The position numbers and the translations under genes are program-made. From Lama glama (Eukaryota), in assembly GCA_028534125.1 (NCBI GenBank), contig CM052817.1, positions 77,192,001 to 77,256,000 of the forward strand: 64,000 bases of DNA, given 5' to 3'. The notes beneath the pieces are model-generated. The model had not been told where the DNA came from. It made no database searches and was given only the letters and a program-made list of their open reading frames with translations. Shown one piece after another: positions 12,606-24,926 of the stretch (position 1 is its first letter; every line of letters starts with the position of its first letter).

Positions 12606-12886
12606 CTGCTCGGAAAAAATTTTACAAAGAAATGACTATAACCCCAAATCCCAGATGTTGCGCTCACTGACATTATTATGCTGTTCAGTCAAGCATGTTG
12701 CATTTTTCATCTTAAATAAGGCAAGGAGTTAAGTGTGAATATCTACGGTTCCCCTTTTTTTGCATTTGCTGCACTTGCCACACTATTCAAAAATAGCAAG
12801 TGATAGTGGTCTAGTAACATAGGAACAAAGCTGATTTCCAATTAAGGTAACACAAAAGGCATTCTTCTGAGCTCAGCCCGCCTTAC

Positions 12887-13162
12887 CTGGCTGCGGAGGA
12901 TATCCAGGGCCCAGGGTCTGTCCTGGAAGAGCCGGGGGCTGGTATTGGGCATTCAGAGGAGCAGGCCCAGGAAGCCCATCTTGTCTGGGTGCCGACGGAG
13001 GCAAAGGTGAGACACCAGGGCCATTGAGTGCAGTGGGTGGTGGTGGGAGAACGTGAGATCCAGGCTGCACAATGGACGGCTGCAGAGGTCGGGGAGGACC
13101 CTGGAATGACGGTGCTGATGGAGGGCCAGGGGGACCTTGGCCAGAGGGAGCCATGCCCGAAC
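12887..13162 (-). CDS. SEC24D: SEC24D internal coding exon (probably exon 5)
   Basis: 276 bp. Encodes [50 protein letters not shown]...[22 protein letters not shown]. ttttttgcccAG acceptor and GTAAGG donor, phase 1/1. Confidence 0.94.
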
Positions 13163-14381
13163 CTGGGCAAAAAAAGAAAGCCAGCCCACCTGAATGCCAC
13201 ATTTCTCAGCTCTTTAACTTCTACCAAGTAGACAACAGGGACACTTGTTTTCCTTAATAAAGCAAGAAGGCACCTTCACAAATCACTCTTTTTTTCCCCT
13301 ACAAGATGAAATCATCGTTTAGAAAGTGACACAAATGCTATTTGAGGTATTTTACACAAGTGGAGAATTTAAAAAATGTAAAAGCAACATTTATAATTAT
13401 AGTGAGAAAATTAGTAAGATAAATTTTAATTCAGTTGCATTCACTTCACATTGATACATGGCATTAATTAAGGAACTGTATCTGCTACAAAATATAGAAA
13501 ATCATACAGAAGAAAATTTTTTTTTGCATAACAAGCATTATTCATTCAGGTCATTTATACATTCAATAAGTTATCTGCAGCTTGTGCAGATTTGATCAAA
13601 AGGATTTTGGAACTAGGTAGACATAACCAAGGAGAAGGATGGGCCACTAACACTCTATCCAATCATACTGCAAATCGTTGTAAAACCAGATTACCTGTTC
13701 CTTTCTCTGATTATGTGAAATTGAGCTGTTGCTTTGGACACTTATCCATTTTGAAATTAGAAAAAAGAAATACTCTAAGGAGTTTTTATGGACACTTTTA
13801 AGAAACTAATTTTAAGTAACGGAAACATCCTTCATCAAGATAAATGGCTGACTATGTTGTCATTACAGGGGTGATTTCTATGACTCCTTAAATATAAAGC
13901 ATTTTTATTGATGTAAATCTCAGTACTGTTTACTCTCCTATTATTCTCTCTTCTGCCTCATGACATGTGAGCTTCAATTCTCCCCAAGATCTAAATACAG
14001 AATTAAAACGCTCTGTGAAACAATGAGGATTATATTTTTGACTTGGGGGCTTCATAATAAACACAGCGTTAAAACTATCCTCATACTTCTTAAAGTAATT
14101 TCACTGCTGGACTGTTTATTTGTGAAGTCAGTATTTTCTGTTTTTTATTGGTCTAAGGTATTCTGAGGGTCCTGCAGTTATCCTGAAATATATGGCAGCA
14201 TGATTTGGAAAAAAATAATGCTTGCCATACAGAATACATATGATTTAGATGAAAATGTTCAAAAACCTGCTTCAGTATGGTATGCCAGAGGTACATCTAT
14301 TTTGAAACTGAAGAAAGCCTTTCTCACTAAAAATATTCATGAGACAAGGCAGTCAGTGAGCACCGACAATGAAACTGTTAC

Positions 14382-14530
14382 CATAGCTGTTGATGTGCAT
14401 AGTGCCGAGCTGACTGCCCAGCTGGGCGACGGATGAAGTGGACACCGGACTTGGATAAGACGACTGTGTAGAGGGCGAGTGTGGTGCATAGGAGGGGGCC
14501 GCACTGCTGACAGGTGGAAGGCCAGGAAAT
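14382..14530 (-). CDS. SEC24D: SEC24D internal coding exon (probably exon 4), Pro-rich N-terminal region
   Basis: 149 bp. Encodes (R)[49 protein letters not shown](G), close to recalled human SEC24D RFPGPPPV...QLGSQLSAMQINSYG. Polypyrimidine tract plus AG acceptor (tctctctcAG) and GTAACA donor. Phase joins the next exon. Confidence 0.93.
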
Positions 14531-16964
14531 CTGAGAGAGAAAAAGGGCGTTGATAGCATACGGTCTCACATGCAAATGACATACAACAAATGTCAATAAC
14601 TTGTAAAATTAAATCAGCGAATCTAGGCGGCACTAGGAAAATGACTGATAGTATACGCTATATCTTTAAATAACCTCAGTGTGAGCTCAGAATGAATCGT
14701 GTAGCATCATCCCGTATATATGCTCATGTGCTAAACATGTCAAGATACACAGCCACCGCCCCCCCACCTCATCCCACCCCCAAAATTTCAGATGTAAACT
14801 CAGAACAAGCTTTGGAAATCAACTTGGGAAGCTGAGCCCATCACAGCTTTATCTATATGAGGGCTCACGGTCAACAGGACAGAAATCAAGAAAACGAAAA
14901 TGCTTTGTGGTTGTGTCTTTGTGATCACTTAGAAGGGATTTCAAGAACTTTCTTAAAGACATGTTTTTGTAAAGCCACTGCTTCATAAGAAGAAATCATT
15001 TCTTTTTTTCAAGAAATGATGTTTCTTGTCCTTTTCTTAAAACTTATTCATGGGAGATAGACATCTGAAACCACCTCACACAGGCAGACCCTGCATACTC
15101 CATAAGAATATATTAGGGGACGCAGTGTGAGGTATGGTTAGGGTTTGGGTTAACCAGCAGTTAATAGGGGGAAGGGGCAGTGTTATTCAATCGTTTGGGG
15201 AAAAAATTCCTCAAAACATGTTCAGAGATATTTCACAAATGTCAATAATATTTTTAAAACCGAAAATCTGTGAATCATTTTTTATAGAGATAGTACAGGT
15301 AGAGTAAAATACATTTCAAATAGAACTTATGACAAGCATCCTCAAGTATTTAACTTAACAAAAGGTTAAAGATTTAAAATATAGAATGAGACCATGTACA
15401 ACAATTAGTTATTACTTTCTGACCCGTAAGTACTGACTTATCATTCATTGCTTGATATACATCCTAGGAGTTAGGTGTCAGAAATTCACAACTTTTTTTC
15501 TGATCAATCTGAGTCTTAAACAGATTTGGATTTTAAAAGCAATATTATCAACTTAAAAATAAAAGTAAAATAGTATTAAAAGAGTAAATTTTGTTAAATA
15601 ATTTTTAATAAAAAATTTTTAAACTGACATATATAAGGAAAAAGAAATTAACAGAACATATTAAACATACAAAGTGATTTAATATTTTTCACTTTCATTA
15701 CTTTGCTAAATTAGTTTATCCAAGGCCACCCAACATGTAGGTGTCAGAGCTCAGGTGAGAATCCAGGTCCCCTGACCCCTAGCCTGAAGACCCAGTGTGT
15801 GAGCGCAGGCAAGCCATGTAATTCCTGGAGCTCTTAGCTTTCAGTCATAAAAATGAACACAGGGAATGGAGCCATCCTTTCCCTATTGTAAATATAATGT
15901 GGTTAGAATTTAAAATCATATAGATTTAAATAGCTCTCATTGATTACTTCATTTAACTTGTTTCTGGGCTGAGAAACATTCGAATATATCTTTTAATTTA
16001 CCATTTCATTGAGAGTCAGAAGAAGGAAGTTTCACCATCAAAAATAATAGTCAATAATGACAACCAGAGAATTAATAGAACATGAAAATTTAGCCTTAAA
16101 TTTAACCCTAAACCTCTGGAGAATTGACTCAGTTGTCTGTAGCCTGTTCAACCTCAAACACTTTACATTTTCAAGTTTGCAACGAACTACTCAGGAAGTG
16201 AGCTGGATGATGAAGTTTATTAGAATGTGGAGATGAGGTGCCAATTTCTTCAAGATTTGATTGATACAAAATCTAGACTTTAAATTCTCGGCCCATAGAA
16301 CAGAAAAAACAAAAACTCTGCCAAATTATATCATTGCTTCCCACACACACAAAAAAAGAGAAACAGTTATGTATTTCTCTTATTTTTCTTGCTTCCTCCT
16401 TTTCCGTTGCAGCCAATATAGATTCACCCCATAATAGCTTCAGTTTGGGAAGATGAGCCTCCTTCCCACCCTCGCTTCTCCCAGTTTGCCACGTCTTAGT
16501 CAAAACAGAACAATTACAATTGACTAACTGGCTCTTCTCCTCATAATTAAAAAATGGAGTTGTCAGTTATTGATTTTATTTCATATATTAATCCTTCCAG
16601 CAGTAACCCTTTGTAGATAACTTCAGTACCACTTACAAGTTTACCACATTTATTCTGCCTCAGCCAAGATCAAAAAGACAAATGACTCGGTATGCCTTTT
16701 TAAATTTTATGAAACATTACCTCTGAAATCGCAAATATTTAAAAACAAAAATTATCCATTTTAAAATTGAAATCAATGTGACGACTCTGAATTGATCTTG
16801 TTTTATTCGGCAGTTTAGATAATGGTAAAATTTTAAGAGATTTCTATCCTGGGTCCTCTAAGTACAAGGACTCCATGATGTGCTGTGATCACCTTAGAAA
16901 GGTCGTATGTGGTCTCTGCTCTCTGACAACCTGTCATCACTGGTGTGATTCACCTGCAGTCACT

Positions 16965-17464
16965 NNNNNNNNNNNNNNNNNNNNNNNNNNNNNNNNNNNN
17001 NNNNNNNNNNNNNNNNNNNNNNNNNNNNNNNNNNNNNNNNNNNNNNNNNNNNNNNNNNNNNNNNNNNNNNNNNNNNNNNNNNNNNNNNNNNNNNNNNNNN
17101 NNNNNNNNNNNNNNNNNNNNNNNNNNNNNNNNNNNNNNNNNNNNNNNNNNNNNNNNNNNNNNNNNNNNNNNNNNNNNNNNNNNNNNNNNNNNNNNNNNNN
17201 NNNNNNNNNNNNNNNNNNNNNNNNNNNNNNNNNNNNNNNNNNNNNNNNNNNNNNNNNNNNNNNNNNNNNNNNNNNNNNNNNNNNNNNNNNNNNNNNNNNN
17301 NNNNNNNNNNNNNNNNNNNNNNNNNNNNNNNNNNNNNNNNNNNNNNNNNNNNNNNNNNNNNNNNNNNNNNNNNNNNNNNNNNNNNNNNNNNNNNNNNNNN
17401 NNNNNNNNNNNNNNNNNNNNNNNNNNNNNNNNNNNNNNNNNNNNNNNNNNNNNNNNNNNNNNNN
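16965..17464. other. Assembly gap (500 N)
   Basis: Run of exactly 500 N. Confidence 0.99.
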
Positions 17465-17760
17465 TCTATCTATAGGTCTGCCTATTTTGGACATTTCATA
17501 TAAATGGAAACATACAACATGTGGTCCTTTGTGACAATCATTTCACAAGTTCATTCATGCTGTAGTAGGTATCAGTACGTCTCTCCTTTTTATTGCCAAA
17601 TGATATTCCATTGTATGGATATAGCACATTTCCTTTACCCATTCATCATTTGATGGACATTTAGGTTGCTTCCTTTCCTCTTCCAGCTATTATGAGTAAT
17701 GCTGCCATGAACATTCCTATAAAAGTGTTTGTTTGGATATATGTTTTCATTTCTCTTGGG
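17465..17760 (-). mobile_element. Old L1M 3' fragment
   Basis: ttggacatttcatataaatgg...ccattgtatggatata...tgatggacatttaggttg. Confidence 0.8.
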
Positions 17761-18290
17761 AACTTTAAAAAAATAATGTACTTAAAAAAATGAACTCAGA
17801 CAATCTGGCCCCAAAGGCTGTGCTCTCAGCAACTACGCAATGTTGTTATTCTGTATGAGATTTTATTTTTACAGTAAAATATGCAATCTCACCCCCTTAA
17901 AAAACCAAACTAATTAAAATTGAAGTCTGTTGAGGATGACAATACTTCAGTTTAAAAAAAAAGAAGAAAAAGAAATAGAAAAAAGTTAAACATAGAGTTA
18001 CCATATGACCCAGCACTTTGACTCCTAGGTAGAATTACTTTTTGAATATCTCAGTATCTTGCTCTGAGTGAACTGCATCACTTATGGCTTTGGCCACAGA
18101 GTGGGTAGTGTGACATTACACTGCCAAACCAGTTGACTCAGGTTTGAATGGTAACACTGTCACTCACTGCTAGTTATGTCAGTTTTATTCATACAAAAAT
18201 TATTTATTAAGCATCCACTATAAGCTGGATGCTGTACTAAGTGCCACAGATGTGATACTGCATTGGCTGTGAATAGTTCATGTAATAGTA

Positions 18291-18645
18291 TAGGGATGGG
18301 CAAAATACAAAACCTGTTTTGTTTTGTTTTCGTAGCAAGCTAAGAATGATTTTTACACTTGTCTGTTTTTGTAGCAAGCTGAGAATGACTTTTACATTTT
18401 TAAGTGGTTGAAAAAATCAAAAGAAGAGTAATATTTTGTGACCCATGGAAATTATATGAAATTTACATTTCAATGCCCATAAATAAAGTTTTATTGGAAC
18501 ACAGCCACGCTTTTCATTAACGTACTCTGTGGTTGCTTTTGCACTACAATAGCAGAGTTGTGTAGTTGTGACAGAGACCACAAGGCCCACAAAACCTGAC
18601 ATATAGACTACCTGGCCCTTTACAGAAAAAGCTTACCAACCCCTG
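18291..18645. mobile_element. MER58B-like hAT-Charlie DNA transposon
   Basis: aataaagttttattggaacacagccac...ctggccctttacagaaaaag...ccaacccctg. Internal tandem duplication of about 30 bp at 18329-18398. Confidence 0.8.
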
Positions 18646-18789
18646 ATCTGGTGGGACCTACAGTTATGGTTTAGTGGATTAGCACTCTATGAAGAGACAC
18701 AAGTTGCCATAGGAAAATGTAGGAAAAGACACTTAACCCAGACTTGGAAAGTAAAAGATATCTCCTGGTAGAGGGAGTGTGTTCCCTGT

Positions 18790-18925
18790 GTAAACCTCAA
18801 TATCCTCATCTGTGCAGATTAGAGTGATAATAACACTAACCTCAAAGACTGTTGTGGGGATTAAATGAGATAATGCAGGCAAAGTACTTAGTACAGTGTT
18901 TGGCACATTAGTACTCAATAATGTT
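18790..18925 (+). mobile_element. MIR fragment
   Basis: cctcatctgt...gttgtggggattaaatgagataatgca...acttagtacagtgtttggcaca. Confidence 0.75.
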
Positions 18926-21859
18926 GTTCTTACAGTCCCATCATCATAATCATCATTATTAATAGCATATTTGTGACAATTGAACGTACATACATTAAGT
19001 CTAAAGATGAAATCTCAGGGAAACCTACAACAGTGCAGTTTCTAAGCTTACTAACCTTGTCTTACTTGTTGTAAGTGTGAGATATTACATTCTTTTCATT
19101 GTGATCATGAACATGAAAGGATATAAAATAAATGAAGTGCTATGGAATAAAGGAAAACAGAGCAGGGTAAGGAGGATTGGGAATGCCCAGTTGGCGGTGA
19201 GCAGCATTAAACGGGGTAATTAAACAATTATAGTATTACATGGGGTAGAGTAGGGCTCCGGGGGCCCAGGAGGTGAGCCACTCAAATTTCTCTTCAAGAT
19301 AACCTGCTCTAAGGAATTTAAGGGGCTGTCAGCCTTCAACTGTTATGCCTTCGGGCTTACTGCAGCATTCATCCCAAAGCAAACACTCTCAGAAGTTCCA
19401 AGCCAATGACCAAGCAATGGTGGGAATACTAAAGTCATAGTATTTCTGCCCAACATGGGAGTCCTCTAGTAAGAAATCTTTCCTCTGGGGCTCCCATTGC
19501 CCTGATTGAGACTTTCTCAGAGCCGCACTGCAATCTGAGGCTCATCCTATCCAATCCTCCCACTTCCTCCACCTCTTTTCACAGGTGTTGGATCTTCATG
19601 GCACCTAAACCTTTCTCTCCTGCTCCTGTTCCCTCTGTCTTCTGTTGTTCACACTTGTTTCCCTCAATAACTCTCTTGTATGTCTAATTCGACATTGATG
19701 TCTGCTTTCCAGGGAACCTGAATGCACAGAGCATCACAGAGAAGTCAAGATCCGAACAAAGCCTTGAAGGAGATCATGGAGTCAAATATGCAGATCACCT
19801 GGGGGCAGGGCATTCCAGGCAGAAAGGAGAGCACCCCCCTCCACAGTCCACATGCTAAAAAGGAGGGTGCCTGGCATGCTCCAGGGGGAGAAGGAGGCCA
19901 GCAAGGCTGAAGCAGAGACAATGAGGGGAAAGTTATAGGAGAGGAGAGCCAAGAGGTAAAGAGGGGAAGCAGCTGGTATAGTATCCTTTAGGCCATTTCA
20001 AGAGTTTGGGTTTCATTCTGTTTTTTCAAAGGGGTCACTTCAGATTTTGAACTGAGGAATGACATGATCTGACTCAATTTTCATATATTTTTTATATGGG
20101 AGACAGCATTTCATCATAAAGAATCTGATATTCAGAAAACATTTATTTTACAGAGTCTCAGTGAGATTTTAGGCCTCAGAAATTTATCCTTCAATCATCT
20201 GGTTTCACGTACGTTTTCTTGATGGTGGCTCAGGTTTAAGGAGAAACAACAAATGTAGCTTTATGACCTACTATAAAAGTAGGAGGCAGACTGAGCTGTG
20301 ACAGCTGCATGGCCATAGTTCTGTATTCATAGCTCACCCCTTACTCATGCCATGTTCCTGTTGACTTTAAAGATTTTCCAGTTGATGAATGAGATCTGAC
20401 TCAGAGTTTTTATCACACTGATTTTCTTGATCTAAGTAAAGAAGGCAGGAGAATAGGCACTTAAGAGGTAAATGAAACCCCATTTTATGTAACCAAAGGC
20501 TTTATAAGAAAGGTACTCTCACCTTCATAATATTGAAAGCTTATTATATGATATTCTATATTTCCCTTCTTGTATTAAGATTGAATCAAGAAATAAAAAG
20601 CACCTGATTAGTCACTAAAATAGTTGGGAAGAATTAGAAATGGTACTAACAACCTAATTGAAGTCAGTGTTGGAATATATGATCATTAACAAGAAGAAAT
20701 TATTTTCCTTTGATTCCTTCCTCAAATCCATTTACTTGGTTACCAAGAAAAATAATGCAATTTTATATTGCTAATTATAAATTAAAATATCATATATTTA
20801 GATTTTGGAATATTACATTTGTGGCAGAGACTGCTTATTTTTACAGAATCCTATCCATTCTTCTGAGTTTTAGCTGGTGTGTGATTGCTCCACCAAAGAC
20901 TGCAGCTGCAGTCTTCCTTACAACTGGTTGTCATTTTGTGACTCACTGACTAGAGTGGAAATTATGTGCACATGTTTTTTGTGTCATCTTTAGAATTTTC
21001 ATCCTGATTCTCTCAGCTTCCCACAGGCTGCGATGTAGACATGGTAGTGGTTAAGCAAAATTAATCATCTAGGCAAGGACAATCCTTTAGGGTTGATGGC
21101 AAGAAATAAGATGAAATGATCTCTGGCTCCTGGATATCTCCATGAACCAGAACCATCTGTTCACCTTGAACTCCATGTGTACCTCTGAGCTGTTACATGA
21201 AAGAAAAATAAACTCTTGTTTAAGCCACTGATTTTGGGTGGAGTAGGGACATCTTCCAACAAATAATCGTATTTCTTAAATTAGTATATCAAAAAATTAA
21301 ATAATACTTGTAAATTGTATAGTCAGAGTAAATATACCATAAACTAACAAATAAACAGATCAGCATATATACTAGAATAACAAGGAAACTATGGATAAGA
21401 GCAAATTAATCACATAAGAGAAAATGTGTTCACAGTTTCATGATCCTATTGTTTTAATTAAAATCATACCCTGATGGATAAGGATGGAGTTTTCTTTTGA
21501 AGGGAACTGATGTTTCTATCGTTAATCAAAATAGATAGTGTTTTATTGGCCAAGAACTACAGTGACTTTTAGGCCTGAGGAAGGAAAGGGTTCCCTTTTC
21601 CCTTCCCCCTAGATCTAAGAGTTCAGTGATATTTAGAGATACAGAGAAGCCTGCCACTATTCCAGGGTAACAGTTCTGGAGAGCTCATCCTGTCCACCAA
21701 GGTCCTGTGTTGGTGGCAGCAGTGAGAGCAGGAACCTGTTTGCCCTGGAGCACCCCGCAGCCTCCTAGGAGCATTTCCACTGATCTCCACAAACAAGAGT
21801 CGAGAGCAATTGTTTAGAGGTGGGGAGGGCAGGGTTTTCTTGGTTTAGATTTGATGAAT

Positions 21860-22235
21860 TGGAAGCCTTAATATTATTAAAAAGTCCTTTCTCCCCAAAT
21901 TCATCTATAGATTCTATGCAACCCCAATCAAAATACAGCAAGATGTTTTTTGAGAAAATGACTAGCTATTCAAAAATTCATATGAAAATATCAAAGACCT
22001 ATATTAATCAAAACAACTTTGAAAAAGAACAAAGTTGGGGGCCTTATACCATCTGACTTTAAGATGTATTATAAAGGTACAATAATCAGATCAGTATGGT
22101 TTAGCATCAAAATAGACAAAAACATTAAGAAAACAGAGATTCCAGATACATATGTGTATATATATACATTATATATGTGTGTGTATACATATGTATTAGA
22201 CATTAACAAAAACATTAAGGAGACAGTAGAGATTC

Positions 22236-22267
<32 letters not shown>

Positions 22268-22955
22268 ACAGACTTTTCTTGTCTTTTCAACAAATGGTAC
22301 GGGAACAATTTGATATCCACATGCAAAAAAATTAACTTCAATCTGTACCTCCTACCTCACATCATATTAAAAAAAATTCAAAATGGAGCATAGACTTTAA
22401 TGAATAACCCAAAATTTAAAAATTAAAATCATGAATATTTTTCTCCTGTTTTCTTGTAGAGACTTTAAAGTTCCAAGAACAAAAATATATATTCATACAA
22501 AGACTCATACACAAATGTTCGTAACAGCTTTATTTGTAAAGGCTCAAAACTGAAATTAACCCAAATTGTGACCTATTCATATAATGCAAAAGATATGACT
22601 GACAAGGGCTTAATTTCCAGAATATACAAACATCTCATACAACTCAAATTGTGAATAGATACACAAATTGTGGTCTATCCATACAATGAAATACTCAGCA
22701 ATAAAAAGGAATGAACTACATGGAACAAATAAATAAATCTCAAAATAATTGTACTGAATAAAAGAAGGGAAACAAAAAAGAGTGCATGTTATAAGATTCC
22801 ATTCCCATAAATTTCACAAAAAAATGCAAACTAATCTATAGTGACAGAAAGTAGATCAGTAAGTGCCTGGAAATGGGGAGCGGAGCAGAGAGAGGTGGGG
22901 GGATTACAAAGAGGGAATGGATTCTTTTCAGGTTGATGGATATGTTCACTATCTT
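21860..22955 (+). mobile_element. Old L1M fragment (ORF2 3' part and 3'UTR), resuming at 24927-25030
   Basis: Peptide-like NKVGGLIPSDFKMYYKGTII. The 3'UTR motif gatggatatgttcactatctt continues as gattgtgataatggttttacaggtg after the young L1. Confidence 0.8.
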
Positions 22956-24926
22956 TTTAATTTAATTTTTTAATTGAAGTATAGTTGATTTATGATACTG
23001 TATTAATTTGTGTAGAGCATAGTGATTCAGTTATATATATATTTTTTTCATTAGAGGTTATTATAAGATATTGAATATAGTTCCCTGTGCTAGACAGTAA
23101 GACATTGTTGTTTATCTATTTTATATATAGCAGTTTGTATCTGCTAATCACAAACTCCTGATTTATCCCTCTTCAGCCCCCTTTCCCCTTTGGTAGTCAT
23201 AAGTTTGTTTTCTGTGTCTGTGAGTTTGTTTCTATTTTGCAAATAAGTTCACTTGTGTCATTTTTTTAAGATTCCACATATTAGTGATGTCATAATGGAA
23301 TTTGTCTTTCTCTGTCTGACTGACTTCACTTAGCATGATAACCTCTAGGTCCATCCATGTTGCTGCAAATGGCATTATTTCATTCTTTTTATGGTTGAGT
23401 AGTATTCCATTATATATATTATATACCACATCTTCTTTATCCAGTCATCTGTCAATGGACATTTAGGTTGTTTCCATGTCTTGGCTATTGTAAACAGTGC
23501 TGCTATGAACACTGGGGTGCATGTATCTTTTCCAATTGGAGTTTTCTCTGGATATATGCCCAGGAGTGGGATTGCTGGATCACATGATAAGTCTATTTTT
23601 AGTTTTTTAAGGAATCTTCATACTGTTTTCCATCATGGGTGCACCAGATTACATTCCTAACAACAGTGTAGGAGTGTTCCCTTTTCTCCATACCTCTCCA
23701 GCATTTATCATTTGTTGACTTTTTAATGATGGTCAATCTGACCAGTGTGAGGTGATACCTCACTGTAGTTGTGATTTGCATTTCTCTGATAATTAGCGAT
23801 AGTCTCTGATAAATAGTGACAATTAGCGATACCCCTTTTCATGTGCTCACTGGCCATTTGTATGTCTTCATTGGAGAAATGTCTATTTAGGTCTTCTGCA
23901 CATTTTTGATTGGGTTATTTTTTGTTACTGAGTTGTATGAGTTGTTTGTATATTCTGGAAATCAAGCTCTTGATAGTCACATCTTTTGCAAATATCTTCA
24001 CCCATTCCGTCTTTTTGTTTGGTTTCTGGTTTCCTATGCTGTACAAAAGCTTAGGAGTTTGATTAGGTCTCATTTGTTTATTTTTGCTTTTATTTCTCTT
24101 GCCTTGGAAGACTCACCTAAGAAAACATTGCTACGTTTTATGTCAGAGAATGTTTTTACGGTGTCCTGTCTTATGTTTAAGTCGTTAGGCCATTTTGAGT
24201 TTATTTTTGTGTGTGGTGTGAAGGAGTGAATGTTAATTGGAAGGGAAGAGGTAAAATTGTCACTATACACAGATGACATGATACTATATATAGAAAACTC
24301 TAAAGACTCCACACAAAAACTACTAGAGCTGATAAATGAATTCAGCAAGGTAGCAGGAAACACGATTAACATACAGAAATCTGCTGCATTTCTTTACACT
24401 AACAATGAAATATCAGAAAAGGAAAGTAAAAAGAAAAAAAAATCCCTTTTAAAATTGCATCCAAAAATTACTTAGGGATAAACCTGACCAAGGAGATGAA
24501 AGACTTACATGCTGAGAATAATATCCTTAAAATGGCCATACTACCCAAAGCAACCTACAGATTTAATGCAATCCCTATCAAATTATGCAGGACATTTTTC
24601 ACAGGACTAGAACAAATAATCCTGAAATGTATATGGAACCACAAAAGATCCAGAATTGCCAAAGCAATACTGAAGAAAAACAATGAAGCTGGAGACATAA
24701 CCCTCTCAGATTTCAGACAATACTACAAGCTACAGTAATCAAAACAGCACAGTATTGGCACAAAAACAGACACATGGATCAATGGAACAAAATAGCCCAG
24801 AAATAAACCCACACATCTACGGTCAATTAATCTACACTGAAGGAGGCAAGAATATGCAATGCAGAAAAGACAGTTTCTTCAGCAAGTGATGTTGGAAGGC
24901 TGAACAGCCTTATGTAAATTAATGAA
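22956..24926 (-). mobile_element. Young LINE-1 with 5' inversion (minus strand 22956 to about 24230, inverted plus-strand segment about 24231-24926)
   Basis: 3'UTR and ORF2 end on minus, then an abrupt switch to plus-strand ORF2 RT ([19 protein letters not shown]). Degenerate TSD gatatgttcactatctt / gatatcattcattatctt. Confidence 0.9.

Noticed and set aside
19255..19280. ggggcccaggaggtg resembling part of a missing SEC24D exon
   Set aside because: The match is too short and the flanks do not translate to SEC24D sequence.
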